Shown one piece after another: positions 10,936-22,297 of a stretch of DNA of 44,619 nucleotides. The DNA lies in contig NC_068983.1 in the NCBI RefSeq assembly GCF_001194135.2, positions 107,218,498-107,263,116 of the forward strand, written 5' to 3'. Under the pieces are notes generated by a model. The model was not told where the DNA came from. It saw only the letters and a list, made by a program, of their open reading frames with translations, and ran no database searches. This DNA is from Octopus bimaculoides. Its lineage: Eukaryota. The translations under genes and the position numbers were made by a program. Position 1 is the first letter of the stretch; each line of letters starts with the position of its first letter.

Positions 10936-12886
10936 CACTGCATGCATGAAGGTTGCTACTAGTTTAGGACAAGCTCTTTTGTGTCCAAACAGCAGTTGCC
11001 TTGGCTGGAAATAGCTAAAAGGCAAAGAGAACAAAGTCATTTTCTTTGCATTGTGCAATGTTCTGAGATCACTGTTCTGAAGAATTATGTTGAATGGCTC
11101 CACCTTCCTTTCATCAGCCCTGTTGTGTCTCACTCTCTAGAGCCTCCACTAATCACTATACCTGATCATTCCTTTCTAGAGTTGTAACCATTTAGAATCA
11201 TTTCCACACTCACGTATTTTCCTAATGATATTAACCTACAGAAGCTGATACTGAGCATCAATTGATCTGATAGAGTTTACACAAGTCATTTGCACTACTC
11301 TCATCCTTTTAGTAAATATTACAAAAAAAAGTGGTTATAAGTAATTCTGTTGGATATGGATATTCTTTGTATATGAACATAGCTTGGTCAGATTTAGACA
11401 TCATCAAAAATATGTCCACAGTTATGCACACTGTACTGTATTAATACGATTAGTTGAAAGACCATTGAAAATCACTATATAAATTTACCATAACTGAATA
11501 TTTATCAAAAAATAGTATGAGCACTTCTAATGATGTATAAGTGTGTCCATAGTTCTGCTGATATCCTTGGTTCTTTTTATCCTACTATATTAAGGACTTA
11601 GTAACATCTGCACTGGATGTACCTTTAATTTTGAGCAGCAGATTTACAACAGAGCCTTTTCTTTATATTCACTTTCTATTGATCCCTAGCTGATTGAAGC
11701 ATTCAAATATTAGATCATGCTTTAACAATACTACAACTTCTATTCTTGAGCCTTGAGAATCAATCACATCAGTCATGATCCTTTGATTCATATAGAATTT
11801 AGATCTATAGACTTCATATCAATACAGTCTTGCTTTGCTGACTTTAAGCAGTCATAGCACTTTTAAACATTCACTCATAAAACTATTTCATATAACATAT
11901 ACAAAGGGGATTGAGAGTGCTTTGAATTTTGGTGAACAGCCATTGTAATAATTGTTCCTTCATAAATACACCCATACCACTCCAAGGAATAGTGTTTGGT
12001 GCCAGGAAGGGTATCAAACAATAAAATGTAATCCAAAACTAAAATGTGTATGAAGTTTCGCATTGTACAATTATAAAGCCCTTAATGATTTTATTATAAT
12101 GGGATACATTTTAGATTTTATCTGCTATATGGGCGATCTAAGCAACTGTTTGTTCGGCAACATTCCCTTGATCTCAAGCTGGCCATTCAGCTGCAACAGT
12201 CATAAATCTCATCTGCTTTGTTGCTTGGTTGGTCTTGCAACTCCTATTCATTTATCTGTATTAAATTGCATTTTCAGTGATGAGTTATATTTGACATGCC
12301 TAACAATTTAATACATTAGGGATTCTAAATATTACATAATATTGTAAGTGAATCAGATTTGCTATGTTATTAGTATAGTGCTCTTTGGAGTTCATTTCTG
12401 ATTAGATTCTTCAAACTCTAATAGATTTCATTGTTTAGGTTTGTTATCTTTTCTAATGCCTTTGTTGTACAATTTTCTAATTTTAATTATTGGACAGATG
12501 TTATTTCTTTGGTTTTAGCTTTTGATCCTCGTGACAAAGTCAACCAATTTGTTTTTGTTTCTTTTTCAGAATTGGGAAGATCCATTGCTGCTTTAAGATA
12601 TTGACATTAGAAAACTGTAATAATATAGCAAGCAATTTTCTTTTTATGTTTATATGTCTTAAATTTATTTTGTTTTCTGTCTTTTCTATTGCTTTACTTC
12701 ATTAGGAACACTCCTTTTTTTTTTATTTTATATATATATAGATAGTCCATGTAGTGTACTGAACATATGTAACAATTCCATACAATTAACTTGGCATGTT
12801 AGGAATAATATATGGTAGCCAGCAACAACTAGTATAGGAGCTTTTGTGTGCACTGGTAAGTATCTGCCATATACAAAATACAAATA

Positions 12887-12930
<44 letters not shown>

Positions 12931-12933
<3 letters not shown>

Positions 12934-13203
12934 TTCAATTCCAGGCGATGTGTTGTGTCCTTCAGTAAGTCACTTTATTTCACATTGCTCCAATCCACTC
13001 AGCCAACAAAAGTGAGTAACACCCATCTTTCAAAGTGCCAGCCTCATCGCATTCTGTGTCATGCTGAATCTCCCTGAGAACTACGTTAAGACTAAATGTG
13101 TCTGTGGAGTGCTCAGCCACTTGCATGTTTTATTTCATGAGCAGGCTGTTCTTTTGATCAGATCAGCTCGAACCCTCATCATCATAACTGATGGAGTGCC
13201 ACA
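12931..13203 (+). mobile_element. 5'-truncated SINE (CORE-like centre plus 3' module 3)
   Basis: Starts GAGTTCAATTCC directly after (TA)n. The centre matches 3768-4009; the 3' part GTCATGCTGAAT..GAGAACTACGTTAAG..GTGGAGTGCTCAGCCACTTGCA matches 24330-24480. Confidence 0.8.
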
Positions 13204-13758
13204 TATGAAACATATAATTGCTAGAGGAATAAAATATTTAAATTCATGTATTTTCAACATTGACCCTCACCCCAAATCAGCAACCACCTCTAAAATACTT
13301 TTGTTGTCCGCTTACTGTCAGTCATTTTATTGTATTCCCTATTCTAAAACATTTGGAATTCACACTTAAAATAAAACAAAGCAAAAATTTTCAACCTCCA
13401 ACCTCTACATTGTACATTTCTCAATTAAAATGATTTTTTTGTTTTTGTTTTATTTTTCACTATTTTTTTTTCATACTTTTACCAAGCTGTAAAAATAATT
13501 TTCTGTATGACATAAACATTAAATTAAGAGAAAAACAAGAATATATTATCACTTACCTTATTTACATTGGCATAATTCCCATCAAATCTAATTTTATATA
13601 ACTTTTTGTTCATGTCCCACACTAGACAAAAACAAAAGAATATGGTTTTACTTGGGATAAGGTGCTACCATGAAAACTATTGATAGAGGGGAAAATGAGA
13701 TAGTTCTCATCCTGTTATACTTTTCTTCAATTTAAAAGTATTCTTTTCTACATTTAGA

Positions 13759-16006
13759 CAGTGGTGGATCTACAATATTGGGGCCCTGAAGCTTAAAATG
13801 TTATAGGGGCCCCCTTTGCAACCAGTAACAGTAGGGTAACATCCAGCAAAGGTCAAAGAATTTTCCTGCCCTTGCAAGGAATTCCAGCCTTGAGGCTCTG
13901 ATAGCCCAAATGGTGGAAGTGGTGATGTGGAGTCCTTAAAAATGAGTCTGACAGTGAGCCTTCTTTCCACCAGAAATGCGGTGTGGGTAATCACCAATAT
14001 CTTTATCAATGTCATCGTTCCTTGGAACATCACCACAATTTTCTTTACAAATTTAAGCACTACATTTCAGATTGTAATTCTCAAGGTCACTGGTATGAAC
14101 AAATATTTTCCAGGCTATGTCTTATTCGTTTAGAGTTATGGGGGTTGAAAACTAGGGAAGGGTTATATACATGCATTATGCACCTTAGAATAAAGACATA
14201 AAACATAAGAAATATCACAGTTAATATAATCTAATATTAATCTTATATCTAAGATACATATGAAAATTACAAAATACTCTTTTTTCTGTTTTTTGTAGCA
14301 ACATATTCTCTTACAGTTTTGTCATATGACAGCTTCTTTGCGATGTCATTTTCTAGAGACAATATGCATAAGGAATTTAAGCACTCTTCATTCATGGGAG
14401 ACTGAAATTGATTCTTTACAAAGGAAAGCTTTCAGGAACTCCTTTCTGCTTCACAGCTCATGATAGGCATCGTCAAGTACAGCTTAAATGGAGTAGTAAT
14501 ATTAGGGGAGACTTCAATTAATTGTTGCTCATAAATAAGGTGAAGAACTTCTGTGCATTGCATTTTAGACGGTGTGTTTTCTTCTGTGTTCTAAGATTTC
14601 CTAAAGCATAAATACTCTTTGAACTGATAACGCTCATTTATTAATTTGTAATCAACATCGTCTTTGTAATGCAATATTATAAGTTTGATACTGTCTTCAT
14701 CAGATTCTGAATTCTTCATCAGTTCATCCAATCAGAAAACCCACCCATTGTAAGTGATATATATAGCATTTAAAAAAGAGTTTGCAAACAAAACAGTATA
14801 GACAGCCCTTGCTCTTTGAGTAAACTAACCAGGATCTTACCATAGTCTGACCATTTTTCAATCTTTTTTCAAAGTACTTGTTTGGGAAACTTCGATTTTG
14901 CTGTTTGTAAATCTTGTTGGATTCAGTATATTCATTATCTGTTTTTTTTTTTTTTTCAGTTTTTATTTCGAAAAGAAAACTGATGTTTTGCATTAAACAG
15001 TTTTGTAAGGAATCATTATCAATTGTTTGCCAGGTCACTGTATTCTTTGAAATCATTAAATTTGCTTCCTGTTTCATGTTTCTGCTCTCTCTTTTCTTGA
15101 AGTTCTTGACCACTGATCATCATCTGAATCAAAAGTGTCAACAGTAGGTTGATTATTGCTAAACTCATGGTTTGTGCACTATCTCTGACTTCACTTGCAT
15201 GGCTTGTTTCAGTTGCAGGTGATGACAAACTTTTACTTGACATTGTAAAATAGTTTGATAGTTTTTGACATTTAGAAATTTCATTGGATTGCTTTTCCTT
15301 AATTTTATGTTTCTGGCATCTGCTTGAGTACTTTCTTGAAGACATTGCTATTCCTCTTAAGGCCTAGAACTTTGTGGAAAAAAAATATTGGAGTAATATT
15401 TCCATTAGCTTCAGCAAGACAGAGATTGATCAAGACAAGGGTCCACAACTTAATATATAGTCATAAATGAAGAATTGTTCATTTTGTACAAGGTGATATT
15501 CAAACAATTTCTGAAGTAAAAAAAAAATGCTTACTGAACAAATTGTTATTATTACTGAACAGATTGTAAGTTCAAAATTAGGAGGCAAACCCTTTCATTT
15601 GTCATTAAATAGCGGTGTCCCACTGAGAAAATAAGACTTTTTATCTCTACCATGCTGATGTAGTTGTAGATATATTTGATAATGGGAGGGGCAAGGCTGA
15701 AATTTCCAAAATAATTCAAGAAAAGTGAATTAACTATGAGTCGTTTGTACTTTTATATTCTATATTACTCCACACCAGCAGAAACAGTGGGTGGAACAGC
15801 TTGAGGCTAGACACTGCATGTCTAGACTCTATGTAGGAGTATGAGATGACTTGTCCGCTAAGACTGGTAACAACAATCTACATGGTAAAATACAAAAAAC
15901 AGAAAAATTGACAGAATGTAAAGATTACGTTGCTTCAAAGGGGCCTCTCTGGGATGAGGGGCTCTGAGACGTAAACGTCATTAATTTTATAGTGGATTCG
16001 CCACTG
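13759..16006 (-). mobile_element. Non-autonomous hAT DNA transposon, 2248 bp, both ends present
   Basis: 15-bp TIRs CAGTGGTGGATCTAC (13759-13773) and revcomp CAGTGGCGAATCCAC (15992-16006), 12/15 identical. 8-bp TSD CATTTAGA (13751-13758) / CATTTAGG (16007-16014). GGGCCC-like subterminal motifs; transposase remnant inside. Confidence 0.9.
14267..15345 (-). pseudogene. hAT transposase remnant (ZMYM1-like): N-terminus and TTF zinc finger fused to the C-terminal dimerisation domain
   Basis: MSSRKYSSRCQKHKIKEK..KLSNYF; RSFPNKYFEKRLKNGQTMVRSWLVYSKSKGCLYCFVCKLF; GGFSDWMN..(H)EDS; then PNITTPFKLYLTMPIMSCEAERSS*KLSFVKNQFQSPMNEECLNSLCILSLENDIAKKLSYD. Contains stops and frameshifts. Confidence 0.85.
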
Positions 16007-16014
16007 CATTTAGG

Positions 16015-16214
16015 GTTCAAATTTTGGCACAAGGCCAACAATCCCGAGGAGGGGTAAGTTGATTACATTGACCCTAGTGCTCAACTGGTACATATTTTCT
16101 CGTCCTCCCCCACTCCACCCAAAAAGGTGAATGGCAAAGTTGAACACAAAAATGGACAAAATGTCACTAAGCCTTTTCGCTCAGCATACTAATGATTCTG
16201 TCAGTTCAGTGCCT
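16015..16214 (-). mobile_element. Degenerate SINE family C
   Basis: GGCACAAGGCC tail, GATTACATTGACCCTAGTG..AACTGGTAC and ATGGCAAAGTTGA are reverse-strand matches to family C. Confidence 0.65.
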
Positions 16215-17146
16215 ATTCTTTTCTACATTTTAAATGATTGAAATTATAATTTTTATGGATGCTGCTTTCAAAATTCTAATTTTGTTTTTCACACATCAAG
16301 TGTGATATCTGATTGTTTTTAGATTTTGAAAGCTATGATGAAGGGAGATGGGGGAGGTAAGAATTGAAAAAAAAACCAACTTGAATTTTAAGTCTTTCAA
16401 GATGTAGAATATATTTGACTAAAAATAATGACAGAGAAAATTATATGGCTGTCATGAAGGCATGAGTTGAAAAGCGAGGGAGAAGGCAGAGCAACGTTTA
16501 GATTATTATGGATTTTAAAAAATTCTTTTAAAGATGAATCTTCCCCCCATCATTTTGAAGTACGTTAGACAAAAATAACCCAAAAGTTGAACAATCCCAG
16601 TGAAAATGGAGAAAATTCAACTTATGTGAGACAGATTTCTTTTTTTCTTATTTTTTTCTTTATTTTCTAAAAGTTAAACAATTCCAGTTACACACTTTTT
16701 TGTTTCTTTATTTTTCTCTTTTTTATTCTTTATCTATGGGTACGAGGCTACAATACTCAATAACAACATTGATCCTTTGACACACAGCCTATTTGCCACA
16801 GTGAGACATATCACTTAGTGCGGACATATAGTATCAGACATTATATGGTGACTTGAAATGTGTTAAAGCATTTCAAGTAGCATATCGACTTGCAGTCTTG
16901 AGTGAAAACTGACATTTACTGTCTAAATGAATCCCCCAAAATGTACATACTGTAGGAGACCAAGGGTCCCCCTCTAAGGATATTCTTTAACAAATAAAAC
17001 AAGAAAAGATGGAAATGAGCTAGTCAATTTCTGTTATTTATCCAGTGGCACAATCAAGTTTTTTCTTTAGGAAATTTATTATATCTATCTATCTCTCTCC
17101 CTTTTCTCTCTTTCTTTTTCTTTCTCTCTCATTCTCTATATGTATA

Positions 17147-18567
17147 TGTGCGAGCCATGTACAGAGATGCTGTCAGTAAGGTGAAGGTTGGAAATGAGTA
17201 CAGTAATGAATTCCGGGTAGAGGTAGGGGTCCACCAAGGTTCCGTCCTCAGCCCCCTCCTATTTATCATAGTCCTCCAGGCGATCACAGAGGAATTCAAG
17301 ACAGGTTGCCCCTGGGAGCTCCTCTATGCTGATGACCTTGCACTAATTGCGCTGTCACTATCAAATCTAGAGGAGAAGTTTAAGGTGTGGAAGCAAGGAC
17401 TAGAATCGAAGGGCCTTAGAGTCAACCTAGCAAAAACCAAAATCCTAATAAGTAGGAAGGTAGATAAAACACAAACCCCTTCAGGTAGATGGCCCTGCTC
17501 AGTATGCAGTAAAGGAGTAGGTAGTAACTCNNNNNNNNNNNNNNNNNNNNNNNNNNNNNNNNNNNNNNNNNNNNNNNNNNNNNNNNNNNNNNNNNNNNNN
17601 NNNNNNNNNNNNNNNNNNNNNNNNNNNNNNNNNNNNNNNNNNNNNNNNNNNNNNNNNNNNNNNNNNNNNNNNNNNNNNNNNNNNNNNNNNNNNNNNNNNN
17701 NNNNNNNNNNNNNNNNNNNNNNNNNNNNNNNNNNNNNNNNNNNNNNNNNNNNNNNNNNNNNNNNNNNNNNNNNNNNNNNNNNNNNNNNNNNNNNNNNNNN
17801 NNNNNNNNNNNNNNNNNNNNNNNNNNNNNNNNNNNNNNNNNNNNNNNNNNNNNNNNNNNNNNNNNNNNNNNNNNNNNNNNNNNNNNNNNNNNNNNNNNNN
17901 NNNNNNNNNNNNNNNNNNNNNNNNNNNNNNNNNNNNNNNNNNNNNNNNNNNNNNNNNNNNNNNNNNNNNNNNNNNNNNNNNNNNNNNNNNNNNNNNNNNN
18001 NNNNNNNNNNNNNNNNNNNNNNNNNNNNNNNNNNNNNNNNNNNNNNNNNNNNNNNNNNNNNNNNNNNNNNNNNNNNNNNNNNNNNNNNNNNNNNNNNNNN
18101 NNNNNNNNNNNNNNNNNNNNNNNNNNNNNNNNNNNNNNNNNNNNNNNNNNNNNNNNNNNNNNNNNNNNNNNNNNNNNNNNNNNNNNNNNNNNNNNNNNNN
18201 NNNNNNNNNNNNNNNNNNNNNNNNNNNNNNNNNNNNNNNNNNNNNNNNNNNNNNNNNNNNNNNNNNNNNNNNNNNNNNNNNNNNNNNNNNNNNNNNNNNN
18301 NNNNNNNNNNNNNNNNNNNNNNNNNNNNGCGGGTGGCACATAAAAGACACCATTTCGAGCGTGGCCGTTTTCGTGCGGGTGACACGTAAAAGCACCCACT
18401 ACACTCTCTGAGTGGTTGGCGTTAGGAAGGGCATCCAGCTGTAGAAACTCTGCCAAATTAGATCGGAGCCTGGTGTTGCCATCCGGTTTCACCAGTCATC
18501 AGTCAAATCGTCCAACCCATGCTAGCATTGAAAGCGGACGTTAAACGATGATGATGATGATGATGAT
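17147..18567 (+). mobile_element. 5'-truncated RTE-clade LINE (RT fragment, 798-N gap, 3' UTR with (GAT)n tail)
   Basis: GVHQGSVLSPLLF and YADD (17325-17336), GLRVNLAKTK. After the gap comes GAGTGGTTGGCGTTAGGAAGGGCATCCAGC...GTTAAAC(GAT)n. That both sides of the gap belong to one copy is inference. Confidence 0.85.
17148..17530 (+). CDS. Partial non-LTR reverse transcriptase (RTE clade), open up to the gap
   Basis: Stop-free frame with RT motifs QGSVLSP and YADD; the N-terminal RT motifs and APE endonuclease are absent. Confidence 0.85.
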
Positions 18568-18610
18568 ATATACATACATACATGCACACACATGCACACA
18601 AACATATATA

Positions 18611-18640
18611 TACTAGCAGAGATACCCAGCATTGCTCAGG
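18611..18640 (+). mobile_element. Possible Helitron-like terminal motif, isolated
   Basis: TACTAGCAGAGATACCCAGCATTGCTCAGG resembles the ACTAG..ACCCGGCGTTGCCCGG ends of invertebrate Helitron-derived repeats; no other part was found. Confidence 0.3.
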
Positions 18641-18656
18641 ATTAAAAGGGCATAGA

Positions 18657-18870
18657 TTTTTATTGTTTTACTTGTTTCGGTCATGTGACTGCGACCATGC
18701 TGGAGGAACAACTTTAGTCAAAGAAATTGATCCGAGGATGTATTCATTGTAAGCGTAGTACTTATTTTATTGGGGTGTTTTGCCAAATGGCTAAGTTACG
18801 GAGACATACACACAGCAACATCGGTTGTCAAGTGATAGTGGGGGTACAAACAGAGACACACACACACACA
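18657..18870 (-). mobile_element. SINE family A, 3' half
   Basis: TTTTACTTGTTTCGGTCATGTGACTGCGACCATGCTGGAG...CTAAGTTAC...CAACATCGGTTGTCAAG aligns with 26870-27060. Confidence 0.75.
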
Positions 18871-19000
18871 CATACATATATATATACATTATATATGTAT
18901 ATATACATATACATATACATACATATAAATAGATATATACATATCTATACATATATATACATGTATATAGATATGTATATATATATATATATATACATAT

Positions 19001-19487
19001 ATGACCACATATAAGAAGTACAGCATAAACCACAAAACCAAAATAGTAAATTCAGTGGTTTTGTGGACAATTGACTCCATATATGCTTTCTTCGAAGGTA
19101 TGGGGACATTCTTCGTTGGAAAACCCAAACAGTATTTATTCATAATGCAGCCTGTATGAAGTGCTCGAAGAGCCAATGATAATTATTCAATATTAACAGT
19201 TTTGTATTAGAAAACTAATAGAATTTATACAAGGCTGTAATAAGAAGTGCACAAACTAGTTGAGACAAAAGTACAAAATTAATTGCAGAATAAAACCATT
19301 AGGTCATCGACTCAAAAAGCCACAGCCCACCAATGACCACATATAGGAAGTACAGCATAAACCACAAAACCAAAGTAGTAAATTCAATGGTTTTGTGGAT
19401 AAGTGACTCCATATATGTGGAGTCGATGACCTAATGGTTTATATATGCTTTCTTCGAAGGTATGGGGACATTCTTCGTTGAAAAACC
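19001..19487. repeat. Direct duplication (19001-19125 / 19333-19487) with internal hairpins and a 21-bp inverted repeat
   Basis: Aligned by eye; details are in the findings. Confidence 0.85.
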
Positions 19488-20939
19488 ACAAAATGCAAAG
19501 TATGCGTTGCATGCCCTGATATTTTTTATCCATATCATCGGAAAATTCGATAAAATAGTTACTTTTGTTTCCAAGAAACTCCGTCCAAGTGTTTTCGAAA
19601 TATTCTGCCTCCCTTTCTCACTGACTTGTTCGTCTGCTTTGAGAAGACCACATGATACCCCCTCCCCTCTCTCTCTTTGTTGGTGTAGAATTGTTGCCAA
19701 CCTCGTTCCACTTTCTGACTCGAACCAGAGCAATCCCATAATTCCTCAGTTAGCCAGCAGAAATGGTGGAATAACCTGGCGGTAAGTTTGAATTTTTTTT
19801 TATCCAAAGCATCTGTTTGCACTATTATATTTTTGGAGTGTTCTGAAAACAAAAATATCATCTATATTATATTTCTTATTTCAGAAGTAGCTAATTAATC
19901 TTAAATTAATTTGACTAACGTTATTTTTTTCATTTTGTTGAAATTGACTCAAATGCAACCTTTTTGAACACATCATTGAAAATCCTGAAGCATGGGATGA
20001 TACCACCATAAATTCAGTAATTGGATTCTTACACACTTTAAAAGCTCCTGATTTCTTATTTTTTGTTAGAAGTATTCAGTGATATTTTTTTCTTTTACNN
20101 NNNNNNNNNNNNNNNNNNNNNNNNNNNNNNNNNNNNNNNNNNNNNNNNNNNNNNNNNNNNNNNNNNNNNNNNNNNNNNNNNNNNNNNNNNNNNNNNNNNN
20201 NNNNNNNNNNNNNNNNNNNNNNNNNNNNNNNNNNNNNNNNNNNNNNNNNNNNNNNNNNNNNNNNNNNNNNNNNNNNNNNNNNNNNNNNNNNNNNNNNNNN
20301 NNNNNNNNNNNNNNNNNNNNNNNNNNNNNNNNNNNNNNNNNNNNNNNNNNNNNNNNNNNNNNNNNNNNNNNNNNNNNNNNNNNNNNNNNNNNNNNNNNNN
20401 NNNNNNNNNNNNNNNNNNNNNNNNNNNNNNNNNNNNNNNNNNNNNNNNNNNNNNNNNNNNNNNNNNNNNNNNNNNNNNNNNNNNNNNNNNNNNNNNNNNN
20501 NNNNNNNNNNNNNNNNNNNNNNNNNNNNNNNNNNNNNNNNNNNNNNNNNNNNNNNNNNNNNNNNNNNNNNNNNNNNNNNNNNNNNNNNNNNNNNNNNNNN
20601 NNNNNNNNNNNNNNNNNNNNNNNNNNNNNNNNNNNNNNNNNNNNNNNNNNNNNNNNNNNNNNNNNNNNNNNNNNNNNNNNNNNNNNNNNNNNNNNNNNNN
20701 NNNNNNNNNNNNNNNNNNNNNNNNNNNNNNNNNNNNNNNNNNNNNNNNNNNNNNNNNNNNNNNNNNNNNNNNNNNNNNNNNNNNNNNNNNNNNNNNNNNN
20801 NNNNNNNNNNNNNNNNNNNNNNNNNNNNNNNNNNNNNNNNNNNNNNNNNNNNNNNNNNNNNNNNNNNNNNNNNNNNNNNNNNNNNNNNNNNNNNNNNNNN
20901 NNNNNNNNNNNNNNNNNNNNNNNNNNNNNNNNNNNNNNN

Positions 20940-22054
20940 TTATTACAACAATTGATGAGAAGAGAAGATTTCTTTGAAAATGTGATAGATATATTTGTCT
21001 TGAAAGATCGAAGAATTTAATTAATTTATAAATGAAGTAAATAATATTTTAGAACATTAAAAAAAATTATTATATTAAAGGGCATATATTGCAGGTTTTG
21101 GTTAGTGTTTGTTATAACGTAAGGTTCGACCTTCTTACATCAGTATTGTTTGGCAGGAGAAATGGTTCGACTTCTTTGTCACACCTAACCTACATAGGTT
21201 TTCCTTTCTGTGCTGCTGAGTGTAGTCTATTTACGGCGCTAAATAATTGTCTTGTTTCACTTTCAATAAATGTCTTGTTTCACTTTCAATAAATGTCTTG
21301 TTTCAATCTCAGAGATGTTGACTTCTGCCACAACAGTTTTTTTGGGGGGCTTTTTACAATGTTGAATTTTCGCTGTCTTTCATTGTGTGCGTATTCATGT
21401 ATATGCGTGTATTTTCAATGTGTGTGCGTGAGACGTAGTCGTTTAATATAGAGAGTTCAGTAAGTCTCAGAACAGTCTGCTTGAGTATCAATAATTTTCC
21501 CGGAATTGACAAGTAGCATGATAAAGCACCTGACTTGTCTTCGAGAGCCTAATTATCTAAAACCATGGCCATATAATGTAACAAAATGTGATATCTTTAT
21601 TAAATCGTTACAAATTGATTCAGCTGAACCAATAGGTATAGTGGCTAATGCAGAATCGCACCCCTTTGAAAAACGAAATTTCATGAAAATTGTTTTCGGA
21701 TTCCTAGCTTTAACAGAGATTCCGAATGTGCAAAAATATCAACAGAATCCAATTTCATCATTATTACTTTTCATTTATGATTTTTAGACATTTTTAAGGG
21801 AGAGTGAGGATGGGAAAGTACTGACGTTTCGAACAGAGAGAAAAATACAAACAATACACTTATTTCAGGCTCATCTCTAGAGATCCATTTTTTATTCCCT
21901 TATTTTAGGTCATACGGGGATGGTTGCATATTCAGAATCTCCCATATGTAAATACTAGGAATACAAAACTTCTTTTACTGAAAAATTGTCCGTGGGGGTG
22001 GGGAGCAAAGAAATTCATTGCATGCCCAACCCCGGATGTCACCGCACGCTACTG
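20940..22054 (+). mobile_element. 3' part of a second hAT transposon (transposase C-terminus, 3' region, right TIR candidate)
   Basis: LLQQLMRREDFFENVIDIFVLKDRRI*LIYK* (20940-21035) resembles ZMYM1-like hAT ends. The end at 22054 reads CAGTAGCGTGCGGTGAC on the minus strand. The left end was not seen and may lie in the gap. Confidence 0.6.
21248..21305. repeat. 23-bp tandem repeat, about 2.5 copies (TGTCTTGTTTCACTTTCAATAAA)
   Basis: Exact units at 21248-21270 and 21271-21293, partial unit to 21305. Confidence 0.9.
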
Positions 22055-22254
22055 ATATATACATACATACATATATATATATATATGTGAAATCATGTGA
22101 GAGGTAAGAGATTGCTCCTGGCTCGCATTAGGCAAGAAGTTGGAAATTTTTGGGGCCCATGACACTGCACGTAAGTCATGTGTAAAATTTGAATGACCTT
22201 GGTTGGGTAGTTTTTAAGTTTTAGTGATGTATACATACACNNNNNNNNNNNNNN

Positions 22255-22297
<43 letters not shown>

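Noticed and set aside
11330-12420. Possibly degraded coding sequence on the minus strand
   Set aside because: Stops are frequent in every frame I read and I recognised no motif.
17531-18328. 300-400 aa ORFs spanning N gaps (also 20063-21020)
   Set aside because: Their length comes from N runs; only the flanking real bases were interpreted.
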